Positions 17,498 through 25,904 of a stretch of 64,000 nt of DNA are shown here, piece after piece. Below the pieces are notes generated by a model. That model was given only the letters and a program-made list of their open reading frames with translations. It did not search any database and was not told where the DNA came from. A program made the translations under genes and the position numbers. The first letter of the stretch is position 1; the number at the start of each line of letters is the position of its first letter. The DNA is from an uncultured virus (IMG/VR IMGVR_UViG_3300030390_001081) (taxonomy: Duplodnaviria > Heunggongvirae > Uroviricota > Caudoviricetes): positions 1 through 64,000 of the IMG/VR virus record IMGVR_UViG_3300030390_001081; one strand, given 5' to 3'.

Positions 17498-18802
17498 TTA
17501 AAATGGTATATTAACTTGTTTCGGATTTTGATATGGAATTTCTAAAGGCTTGTAATACATCTTGTCTTGTCCAGGACTATAATATGCTATTAGTTCTGCA
17601 AACTCTGTGTCATACACGGGATATAAGGCGTCAGGATCTACGTAACCCATACCTGCATAAGCATAGTTATCTAAAAAATCAAGTCCATACTCTACATTGC
17701 ATCGATCGCAATTTGGATTAACACAGACCTTATGTGAATTTATTATTTTTAAGTCATCTCCACATTCTTTGCATTCGTTAGTTTCTGCCTGGTTGTGAAT
17801 TTTATCACCATAATAATCTACTCCATAGCTTCTATTCCAGCTTATTTCTTCTTCCTGTTCCCATTCAGAGTAAATATTATCGTCTGTATATGGTTTAGTT
17901 TTGACATCAACAAATTTTCCCTTATGTGTTTGATTTATACCTTTGTAAACTTGATATTTTTCTTCAGGTTTATGATATTGTTTTTCTAAACCAAGTCGAA
18001 TGTATATATCAAACATAAGTCCAAGAGTATTCTCTGCTTCTTTGACTATTACATATTCTTCATCTTGATGTGCATTGTAATAACCTGAACTAATATTTGA
18101 CATACAAACATTGATACCGTCTTTTTTAAGTTGTCCAACATCTGTAGTAAATGTTTTTGAAAACTTGTATCCTCTGTTTTTTACTAAATCTTTAATTTTT
18201 GTACGAAACTTTTTATCATTCATTTCTGTACCATTAATATCTATAGAAAAGTCTTCGTTACCTTTTCTGTCTGTTTGTAATGCATAGCCTACGTCTGCAA
18301 AGAATTTTTTGTCAGCTTTGCTTGAACCAACGCATCCAACTTCTTCTGCAGCAAAGAATGCCAATTTACATACATCTAAGTTTGCGATAAGATTAAGACA
18401 AGCCCATATACCAACTTTATCATCTGCACCACAACCCGCTGGCATTATAAACTTACCACCGTATTCTTTTTGTGTAGCGTTTGTATAACCATATAAAGTG
18501 TCAAGACCTTCTTTAGTTTTGCCTTCTGCAATATATAGATGATCTATTATACTATGTACTGTATCTGTGTGTGATACAAAACATGGATAGTGTTCATCAC
18601 CACTAACGCTACCTTTAGTAACATATATGTTTTTTATTTCTTGCGATGCAAGCTTAATTGTTTCTACATGATAGTAAATATCATGATTTTGTTTTTTTAA
18701 CAATTCTAATTGTTGTATTATGTACTCTATCATTGACGATTCTTGATAAGAAGCGCTTTGTACTTTTAATATTTCTGCTAATTCGAACTGTATTTTCATC
18801 AT
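17498..18802 (-). CDS. M28/M20/M42-clan zinc peptidase-like protein with C-terminal Zn ribbon
   Basis: SHTDTVH, GADDKVG, AEEVGCVGS, DRKG, YYNAH; CKEC...CVNPNC. Confidence 0.8.
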   Translation of the reverse strand: MMKIQFELAEILKVQSASYQESSMIEYIIQQLELLKKQNHDIYYHVETIKLASQEIKNIYVTKGSVSGDEHYPCFVSHTDTVHSIIDHLYIAEGKTKEGLDTLYGYTNATQKEYGGKFIMPAGCGADDKVGIWACLNLIANLDVCKLAFFAAEEVGCVGSSKADKKFFADVGYALQTDRKGNEDFSIDINGTEMNDKKFRTKIKDLVKNRGYKFSKTFTTDVGQLKKDGINVCMSNISSGYYNAHQDEEYVIVKEAENTLGLMFDIYIRLGLEKQYHKPEEKYQVYKGINQTHKGKFVDVKTKPYTDDNIYSEWEQEEEISWNRSYGVDYYGDKIHNQAETNECKECGDDLKIINSHKVCVNPNCDRCNVEYGLDFLDNYAYAGMGYVDPDALYPVYDTEFAELIAYYSPGQDKMYYKPLEIPYQNPKQVNIPF

Positions 18803-19107
18803 ATTAATCTTTCGTTTATATTTTGTTTTGCTTGTTGTGATTTTTTTTGTCTTTGTACCCAGTTCTTTCCTCGAAGTCCTGGATATTTTTCTTGCAATAA
18901 TCTGCTACATCTTTCTATTGATTTTGGTTTAGGATATTTTTTATGTATAAACATATTTTGTAGTAATTCTTTTGCGCTTATATCATGATTATTCATAGAG
19001 TCCCATATTATTCGAGCTACTAATCTTTGGTCGTCATCTGCATAAGCAATATCTTCTTGTAAGATATTTGATACTTTTGTTTTAAGAGTGTTTACTTTAT
19101 CTTTCAT
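18799..19107 (-). CDS. Hypothetical protein
   Basis: SIERCSRLLQEKYPGLRG motif. Confidence 0.55.
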   Translation of the reverse strand: MKDKVNTLKTKVSNILQEDIAYADDDQRLVARIIWDSMNNHDISAKELLQNMFIHKKYPKPKSIERCSRLLQEKYPGLRGKNWVQRQKKSQQAKQNINERLI

Positions 19108-19477
19108 CTTTAATAATTATTTCAGATACATATATAGAATCATGTATATATGGAGTAAAGTTTAATATATATATGTCCTTATTTGTTTGTGACATATTTT
19201 TATCTACAACACCATCTTTACGAAAAGTTTCTATAATTCTATATGTTCTTATTGTATCTCCGTAAAATTTATGGTCTCCAATAATTAACACAGTAAGTGC
19301 TGTATCGGGAATTGTATATTCAAGATACATATTATCAAACCAGTGTTTAATATTTTCTCCTTCAATTATTGCAGGTTGTTTTTTACCACCTATTACAATA
19401 TAGTTTTTTGGCATTTGTCCATACGAAACTATTGCTAACAATAGTATGCATGCAGTACTACTTAATTTTTTCAGCAT
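19097..19477 (-). CDS. Hypothetical exported protein
   Basis: Signal peptide MLKKLSSTACILLLAIVSYG|Q. Confidence 0.5.
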   Translation of the reverse strand: MLKKLSSTACILLLAIVSYGQMPKNYIVIGGKKQPAIIEGENIKHWFDNMYLEYTIPDTALTVLIIGDHKFYGDTIRTYRIIETFRKDGVVDKNMSQTNKDIYILNFTPYIHDSIYVSEIIIKDER

Positions 19478-19766
19478 GTTTTCTATTTTCTAATTCGTAA
19501 TCTTCTTGTAACAAGTCAACTTTTTTGACTATATTCTTTTTACTTGGTAATGAACTAAAGATTTTATTCTTAGTCTTTGTTATAGTTTTAAGTTTTTGCG
19601 CATATGCATGCACATCTTTAGCTAAGTGACTTCGTATATCTTTATAGTTCTCACCTTTTTGTATTTCAGCCACTTGTGTGACATTCCATTTTTCTGACTC
19701 AAAGTTACCAGTGTTGATTGACACCGAGTAACTAATACTAATTTCTTTAATCTTCATATTAGGCAT
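19458..19766 (-). CDS. Hypothetical protein
   Basis: SINTGNFESEK motif. Confidence 0.55.
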   Translation of the reverse strand: MPNMKIKEISISYSVSINTGNFESEKWNVTQVAEIQKGENYKDIRSHLAKDVHAYAQKLKTITKTKNKIFSSLPSKKNIVKKVDLLQEDYELENRKHAEKIK

Positions 19767-20031
19767 TAGTTTTTTTTAAATATCTGTCTAAATCAAAAAA
19801 TATCTTATTCTCTGTTTGATATGTTTCATCAACAATAATTATTCTTTCTCTTACATCGCATTGTTCCATTTCTTTATCAAATATGTAATCCCACAAATTT
19901 GTTCGTAATTCCCACTTCATTTCTCGTGTGGGAGATGAATTTAATACATCTTTTACTGTTTCTTTGTCTTCACATTTTACATATACTTCAGTAGTATATG
20001 TTCTTTCGATTTCTATTTTATAGTATTTCAT
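19759..20031 (-). CDS. Hypothetical protein
   Basis: Tightly packed ORF. Confidence 0.55.
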   Translation of the reverse strand: MKYYKIEIERTYTTEVYVKCEDKETVKDVLNSSPTREMKWELRTNLWDYIFDKEMEQCDVRERIIIVDETYQTENKIFFDLDRYLKKTNA

Positions 20032-20033
20032 AA

Positions 20034-20294
20034 TTATAAATTTACAGTTACTTCAACCCAACCTTTTTCGCTGTAATCAGTGTATGCATTATAACCATCT
20101 TTGGTTAAAATTGTTTCTAGATCTATTGCTGCCGTCCAAAGCTCTGGCTCTGGCACTTGATCGTGTTCGTCATCGTACATTGTTGCACCACGACATTGAT
20201 AAAATACATCGTCAACGTCTTGCTTAACTAATTCAAACTCCCAACCATCAATAGTTATATATTCTGATAAATCATTTATTTTATTATTCTTCAT
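20034..20294 (-). CDS. Hypothetical acidic protein
   Basis: Tightly packed ORF. Confidence 0.55.
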   Translation of the reverse strand: MKNNKINDLSEYITIDGWEFELVKQDVDDVFYQCRGATMYDDEHDQVPEPELWTAAIDLETILTKDGYNAYTDYSEKGWVEVTVNL

Positions 20295-20514
20295 CTCTGT
20301 TGTGTTCTAATGCATCCTCTCGTCTGCGTTCATTATATTCTGTTTCACATATTATTTCATACGTGTAATTATCGTCTCCACATTCAGAGCAATAATATAT
20401 CTTGCTGTCATCAGCTAAGTTTTCTTTTACATACTCTTCAGCGCCACAACACGATGTAACATCATCATTGTATTCAGGTGCTTGGAGTTTCCAGTTATCA
20501 TAATTTACCACCAT
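20284..20514 (-). CDS. Small Zn-ribbon-like protein
   Basis: SCCGA...CSECG. Confidence 0.55.
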   Translation of the reverse strand: MVVNYDNWKLQAPEYNDDVTSCCGAEEYVKENLADDSKIYYCSECGDDNYTYEIICETEYNERRREDALEHNRDEE

Positions 20515-20894
20515 GCCCAGTATTTAATTTTGTAACCTTTTTTAATGTAGTCCATAGCTTTATCTATACAATCTAAGTCTCGTTCTTTGTAGTGCTGACA
20601 AGCATTGTTACCCCAAAAGAATCCTTCTCTTTGTTTTAGTGTGCCTGTTATTACTTTAGTTTGTAGTTCAAGAAAATCTTGATCTGTAACTTGTAATTCA
20701 TGTCCATTAAATCCACCCAATGCATTAGTATAAGCGTCACCACCTTTTTCTGCATACAAATCATCAAACCAACCGTGTAGGTATGGATGTTTACGCCAAG
20801 TTATTATATTTATTTCTTCAGACGGGTTGTATTTAAAATCTATCTGTTTTCTGTTTCTGCCTTTATAGGCAATTAATCCATGATCTAATCCCAT
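20505..20894 (-). CDS. Conserved phage hypothetical protein
   Basis: MGLD...WRKHPYLHGWF...GFFWG...YWAWW pattern. Confidence 0.65.
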   Translation of the reverse strand: MGLDHGLIAYKGRNRKQIDFKYNPSEEINIITWRKHPYLHGWFDDLYAEKGGDAYTNALGGFNGHELQVTDQDFLELQTKVITGTLKQREGFFWGNNACQHYKERDLDCIDKAMDYIKKGYKIKYWAWW

Positions 20895-20896
20895 AA

Positions 20897-21064
20897 TTAT
20901 TTTTTTAAATATTGATACACTCTAGCTTGTGTCAAGTCTAGTTTTTTTGCTATGTCACTTACTTTGTAACCAAAGAATCGTAACATTTTTGCGTAATACG
21001 CTTTTTTTTTAGTGCTAAACTTTTTAAGTTTTTTCCACTCTTTTAATTTGCTGTTGTAATTCAT
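20897..21064 (-). CDS. 55-aa helix-turn-helix protein (not in ORF track)
   Basis: GYKVSDIAKKLDLTQARVYQYLKK. Confidence 0.65.
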   Translation of the reverse strand: MNYNSKLKEWKKLKKFSTKKKAYYAKMLRFFGYKVSDIAKKLDLTQARVYQYLKK

Positions 21065-21080
21065 AATTATATTGCTTTTG

Positions 21081-21254
21081 TTAAATTAATCCTTCGTTTG
21101 TTACTGTTACTTGTGTTTCTAAAAATTCTAATAAATACTTTGCATAACTAGTTGCAAATACTTCACCCTGAAAGGTGAACTCTTCTTTTTTAGATGCAAC
21201 GGCTATGTCATAAGCCTTTTTTAATAACGCTATATTTTTTGATGTTATTATCAT
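21081..21254 (-). CDS. 57-aa hypothetical protein (not in ORF track)
   Basis: MIITSKNIALLKKAYDIAVASKKEEFTFQGEVFATSYAKYLLEFL... Confidence 0.55.
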   Translation of the reverse strand: MIITSKNIALLKKAYDIAVASKKEEFTFQGEVFATSYAKYLLEFLETQVTVTNEGLI

Positions 21255-21255
21255 A

Positions 21256-21579
21256 TTATTTACCGTAATAATCGTTTAGTGCACGTTGTCTACGTGTCTT
21301 TGCTTTTTTGTTTATAGGTTTACTTTTTTGTTTTTTAGTTAAACCTCTTTTGTTAAGTACCTTGCGTCTGTATACAGAGAATATAAATCCACCAACAAAA
21401 CTCGAACCTGTTAACACAGTCGAACCTGTTAGTATCATTGGCAATACTAATGTTAGGCATATGTCCCAGTAAGGACCATACCTTTTAATTTTATTGTAAT
21501 TATTCTTGTAAACATCTAGCAGTGTAAAGGTATATACACCAGCTGCACAGCTACCTAACAGTAACCATGTAAGAAACAT
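21256..21579 (-). CDS. Small membrane protein with basic tail
   Basis: Hydrophobic segments and Lys/Arg-rich C-terminus. Confidence 0.5.
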   Translation of the reverse strand: MFLTWLLLGSCAAGVYTFTLLDVYKNNYNKIKRYGPYWDICLTLVLPMILTGSTVLTGSSFVGGFIFSVYRRKVLNKRGLTKKQKSKPINKKAKTRRQRALNDYYGK

Positions 21580-21930
21580 TATTGTTTTTTGTCCAGGTCT
21601 TTTTGTTTTTCGAGCTTTTGTTCACAAGCTGCAACTTCTTCTGATATTTTTAAATCTTGTTGTCTTAACATATCGACATTAGACAACAGTTCTTTTAAAG
21701 TTCTTCTTTTTATTTCTTTTCTTAATTCTCTTTGCAATTCTTTTGATTTACCCATTGTTTATTAAATTATAAATTATTAATGTAGTTATTGTAAGAAGCA
21801 CAACATATATGATGAGTGCTTCAACGATTGGCTGATGTTCTTCTTTCATAGTTTATCTCCTAGTATTTTAAATATAATAAGTAGATTAGTAACTAATGTG
21901 ATGGTGTTCATCCATTTTTCTTTAGTTATT

Positions 21931-22191
21931 TTAGACATCTTGCTTCTCTTTTGAGAAAATGTCTGCAAAATTAGCAAATACTTCATCCATTTGTTTATTA
22001 GGTTCATCTTTAGTTTCGGACTCTTTGTTATCATTAATGTTTGATACTTTGATAGCCGTTTTAATAACATCTTTAAGAGTATCGTGCATCTGTACCATTT
22101 CTTCAAGAGTGTATTGCACCTCTATCTTACCTAGTTCAAACTGTACTTCTTCGCTGATGTTTATTTTGATATTCTCTAATTTAAATTTCAT
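21931..22191 (-). CDS. Hypothetical protein
   Basis: Follows the 22194-22601 gene after a 2-nt gap. Confidence 0.55.
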   Translation of the reverse strand: MKFKLENIKINISEEVQFELGKIEVQYTLEEMVQMHDTLKDVIKTAIKVSNINDNKESETKDEPNKQMDEVFANFADIFSKEKQDV

Positions 22192-22193
22192 AA

Positions 22194-22601
22194 TTATTTG
22201 AGTTTTGTAATTCTAAAATTATTGTTTATTGGTCTTTTGGAAGCTGATAAGTATTTACCTATCTCGCCTTTAACGCTAGCAAACGCATCGCGATATTTTT
22301 TTATACTTCCAAATGTATATTCTGTGTGAGTATCCCACAATTGTAATTCCTGTTCTAGTTGTAGCTCAGAGCTGTAATACTTCTCGAGTATAATGCATGA
22401 GCGATGTTCTTTAAGATACTTGTACTTAACCTTCTTGACTTGATAGCCATCAGGATAACTTTGTACACGCATATTATTAGGAACGACAATAACAATACTA
22501 GTGTCCTTATCAGCTCTGTAATAAGGGATACACTTGTTTGTTTGCTCTGCAAGGATTGCATTTGCTACGAAATCTTTGTTTGAAATTTGAATAGTTGCCA
22601 T
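22194..22601 (-). CDS. Hypothetical early protein
   Basis: 135-aa ORF with A-rich leader. Confidence 0.55.
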   Translation of the reverse strand: MATIQISNKDFVANAILAEQTNKCIPYYRADKDTSIVIVVPNNMRVQSYPDGYQVKKVKYKYLKEHRSCIILEKYYSSELQLEQELQLWDTHTEYTFGSIKKYRDAFASVKGEIGKYLSASKRPINNNFRITKLK

Positions 22602-22685
22602 AGTATATATTTAATTGGCAGTTCGGTAAATGAATACCTAACGAAATCAGTCGCTAGCTGTTGCTTTATAATGTGTGCTCACTAT

Positions 22686-23024
22686 TTAATACATATTATC
22701 AAAATCTTCTTGTTTTGGTAGTGGTGGTCTTACGTGTACTTCCCACCATTCACTACCATCGTATTCACCTCTTGTCATCCATAATCCATGCTTTAGCCAT
22801 ATAGTACCGAAGAGTACTTGATTGCCATACCCTGCATAATAATTAATCTTATTCATAATTGATAACCATTTATCAAATTCTGAGTCAGAATGTCCAGGGA
22901 ACAAACAAATAGGAACTGAATTGTCATACTCTATTTTAGCAGCTTGAATATCTTTTAATGGAATATCCCAATTTGTAAGTTTCTTTACTATTTCTGCTCT
23001 TGCATTTGTTATATCTAAATTCAT
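22686..23024 (-). CDS. Conserved phage hypothetical protein
   Basis: GYGNQVLFGTIW...RGEYDGSEWWE motif. Confidence 0.65.
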   Translation of the reverse strand: MNLDITNARAEIVKKLTNWDIPLKDIQAAKIEYDNSVPICLFPGHSDSEFDKWLSIMNKINYYAGYGNQVLFGTIWLKHGLWMTRGEYDGSEWWEVHVRPPLPKQEDFDNMY

Positions 23025-23025
23025 A

Positions 23026-23373
23026 TTAATATTTTATTATAGCATGGTTAGACATTAGTGACATGTTAGAATCTACATCAAAGTATTCAGACCTAACATT
23101 TGGTTTAAAGCTTTTAACAGCTTCAATTGCAGATGGAAAGTTATCCATACCTGCACGTATCACACGCTTAATTAACCAAGTAGTTCTTTCTACTTTATTA
23201 CCACGTGTTTCAATAACAACCAACTTGTAATTGCTATCTTTTACTTTACTTATCAACCTATCATATTTACTAATCTCAGGAGTACATGCTTTTTGCACAG
23301 ATCCTGTGTAGTAATTACTGCTTGATAAATCTTTTGATGATGCATAGTTTGCACCGAAATTGTAATCTCTCAT
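23026..23373 (-). CDS. Hypothetical early protein
   Basis: 115-aa ORF. Confidence 0.55.
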   Translation of the reverse strand: MRDYNFGANYASSKDLSSSNYYTGSVQKACTPEISKYDRLISKVKDSNYKLVVIETRGNKVERTTWLIKRVIRAGMDNFPSAIEAVKSFKPNVRSEYFDVDSNMSLMSNHAIIKY

Positions 23374-23832
23374 CTTAATATATATTGAGAGTTATGCGAC
23401 AATATTGTCTACGTTTTAAATGCGCTACCATTATTACTTATTCTTAATTATTAACTTAACTTGAAAATGTCTTTTTTTTTGTATAACTTTGAAGTCATTA
23501 TCAAACACTTAAATAAATCAACTCTTATAAAACAATACTTAAACTATATAATTATACATAACATACTGATAAACAGTTACTTAAGTATTTATAGTACTTA
23601 AAATAGTATTAAAACTAGTGTTATTGTATGGTAGTATATTATATAACTCTTGTATTATTACATATAAAATCAATACGCCATAGTTATTTTTTGTATCTAT
23701 CTTACTACTTATTAGTGTTAAAACAACTAACCTTATAGTAAAACCCACCCACCCACCTATAAATTATACATAACTGTACCATTTATCTAACAAAAATTAT
23801 ATAACGCAATGATTATTGCAACATGTTTTATA

Positions 23833-24390
23833 TTATAAGTTACTTAAGTTTTTCATATCATTATCTCTTGCTTGTATAGCATCTAAGGCAGCAGTGTATG
23901 AGATCCATACATTACTCTTTACCCACTTGCCATCAGTAAAATTACTTTTGGACACAGCAATATTAGAGTCAGCAAACGCAGCACCATCTACAATCTTGTA
24001 GTATGTACCATTGTCTGTTGTCTTCTCAATCTTGTGAAGTCCTAACTTCTTGAGCTTGTTAAACACAGTAGACATCTTAGCCTCAGCATGTTCAAGAATC
24101 TCTTTTAGTTCAGCACCAGAGTATACTTCCATAAACAAGTTGGACTGAATGTAGTAGTCTGTAGTAAACCACTCACCATCCTTCTCAGTTGGTACACCAA
24201 GTATGATAGTACTGATGTCGTTAATCTTAGTATAGCCAGCTGAATAGCTTGACTTAAACTTAGTACGAGCAGATACAGAAATCTTACCTTCTTCGTGTAA
24301 CTTAGTAACTGGAGTTGCAACTACTTGATTAGTGTTACGAACTCTGTTGTTAAAGTTCTCTCTGATTTGTTTAGCTGTCATATTTGACAT
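23833..24390 (-). CDS. Hypothetical early protein
   Basis: Likely start MSNMTAK at 24390, preceded by GAGGA; frequent C-ending codons. Confidence 0.6.
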   Translation of the reverse strand: MSNMTAKQIRENFNNRVRNTNQVVATPVTKLHEEGKISVSARTKFKSSYSAGYTKINDISTIILGVPTEKDGEWFTTDYYIQSNLFMEVYSGAELKEILEHAEAKMSTVFNKLKKLGLHKIEKTTDNGTYYKIVDGAAFADSNIAVSKSNFTDGKWVKSNVWISYTAALDAIQARDNDMKNLSNL

Positions 24391-24460
24391 ATTGTTCCTC
24401 GCCTCATGACATTGTAATAACATGCGGACATCTAACGAGTACGGTCCAGGTTAATTTTAA

Positions 24461-24507
24461 GTGAACCCTGAAGAGGAGTCGAACCTCTCCATGTTCCAAA
24501 CAGGGTT
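24461..24507 (-). ncRNA. tRNA-like mini-element (acceptor stem plus T-arm, no anticodon arm)
   Basis: AACCCUG-UUUGGAACAUGG-AGAGG-UUCGACU-CCUCU-U-CAGGGUU-CAC. Confidence 0.5.
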
Positions 24508-24513
24508 AGCAGA

Positions 24514-24738
24514 CTATATTAAATCTAATACGTCTGTTGCTTCAAGAGCTAAGAGTGCCATACCAGCTACTCTTGTATCCTTACGTAGGTTAGTTACACC
24601 TTTGTTACCAGCGTATCTCTTTGCTAGTGTAGAGTGTGCTACTGCTACGGGATCTTGGATAAGATTTACCTTTTTAGCTGCAGCCTTTGCTACTTTAGAT
24701 ACTCTTTTTGAAACTGTTGATTTAGGCGACTTTGCCAT
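24514..24738 (-). CDS. Small basic early protein, first gene of the minus-strand block
   Basis: MAKSPKSTVSKRVSKVAKAAAKK... Confidence 0.55.
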   Translation of the reverse strand: MAKSPKSTVSKRVSKVAKAAAKKVNLIQDPVAVAHSTLAKRYAGNKGVTNLRKDTRVAGMALLALEATDVLDLI

Positions 24739-24892
24739 AATAATAACGTGCCAATAAACATACTTAGATGACAGCTACACACGTTCAGCTGTAGTTAGTA
24801 ATTAAAATATACCACGGGTGTATAAAAAAATCTGCATACACAGGGCGTGGTATGTAATATGTATGAGTGCCTCACAAATGAAAATTTTTTTT

Positions 24893-24900
24893 TATTTTTG
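24893..24900 (+). promoter_or_regulatory. Bacteroidota -7 element TATTTTTG, 4 nt before ATG 24905
   Basis: Direct motif match. Confidence 0.55.
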
Positions 24901-24904
24901 TAAC

Positions 24905-25891
24905 ATGGATGAAAAACAAATCGCACAAATGGCAAAAGAGACTGGAATAGATGTCGAAGTGCTAAAACAATACATAGATAAACTTATTAAAGAAGAGGGA
25001 TATGATGCTCGTAGTATTAAGAAAAAAACACAAAGAGTAAGTAAAGGTGACAATACTAGTCAGGATGAGATTTATTATAATCAAAAATTAAATAACGAGC
25101 CAGTATCTAAATATGTAGGTGATGATATATTTTATCCTTTTTCAACAAATGATAAAGACGATAAGGTAGGTGTAGACTTTGGTTTTGGTTTAAAGTTAAA
25201 AGATAAGAATGGTAATTTTTTATATCCAGAGATTGCAAATAGCGATAAAGATATAGCTAGACTTACAAAAGATGGGATGGACGAAAAAGAATACATGGGA
25301 CATTTTTACAATGTGGTTAAAGGTAAAATAAAAGGAGCTGAAACAAAATATAACGATCATATATTAAAAGGTGATTTTGATGCTAATAGAACATTTGATA
25401 AACTTAATGATTACGAAAAACTTTTAATGACCGATACAAATTACAATGTTGGATTAAATATTTTTCCTAAAATGATGACAGCTATAAACGCAAACGACTT
25501 ACAAGGAATTGGACAACAATATAAGCATTTTGAAAAGGGCAAAGCATTAGGAAGTAGAAACGAAATGAGAAAATCTTTTTTAATTAAGAATTTAGTTATG
25601 GAAAAAGGTTACGCTGGTGATAAGCTAGAAAGTTATATGAATAATGTTGCTGATACAGGTAAAGGTGTTTTAAGTCAAATAGGAGATTACTTTGATCAAA
25701 AAGTAAAGCAACCATTGAATAAAAGTAATTTACCACAAGTAACTTTAAATATTCCATTTAAAGATAAATCTGTTACATTAGGTGGGCAGCCACCCATGGA
25801 GACTCCTACTCCTCTTGAAGAAGTTAATCAATATAAAATGGATGTTAACCAATTGTCTGAGGAGGATATGAATCCTTACGGTATTAATTAA
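24905..25891 (+). CDS. Phage lysozyme-like (GH24-like) protein
   Basis: DFGFGLKL and DTNYNVG...FPKMMTAINANDL...LGSRN resemble phage muramidase motifs; start reassigned to 24905. Confidence 0.5.
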   Translation: MDEKQIAQMAKETGIDVEVLKQYIDKLIKEEGYDARSIKKKTQRVSKGDNTSQDEIYYNQKLNNEPVSKYVGDDIFYPFSTNDKDDKVGVDFGFGLKLKDKNGNFLYPEIANSDKDIARLTKDGMDEKEYMGHFYNVVKGKIKGAETKYNDHILKGDFDANRTFDKLNDYEKLLMTDTNYNVGLNIFPKMMTAINANDLQGIGQQYKHFEKGKALGSRNEMRKSFLIKNLVMEKGYAGDKLESYMNNVADTGKGVLSQIGDYFDQKVKQPLNKSNLPQVTLNIPFKDKSVTLGGQPPMETPTPLEEVNQYKMDVNQLSEEDMNPYGIN

Positions 25892-25904
25892 AAATAAATA
25901 ACAT

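Noticed and set aside
22621..22660. Hammerhead ribozyme (CUGA...GAA)
   Set aside because: Core reads CUGAUUU rather than CUGAUGA and lies in a hairpin loop; no GAAA/NUH arrangement
24461..24507. Functional tRNA gene
   Set aside because: No anticodon arm or D-stem and only about 47 nt; reported as tRNA-like instead
8109..24738. Integrase/lysogeny module
   Set aside because: No recombinase or repressor pair recognised; only one small HTH protein
24818..24904. N-terminal extension of the 357-aa ORF from GTG 24818
   Set aside because: Overlaps inverted repeats and a promoter element; ATG 24905 is the more plausible start
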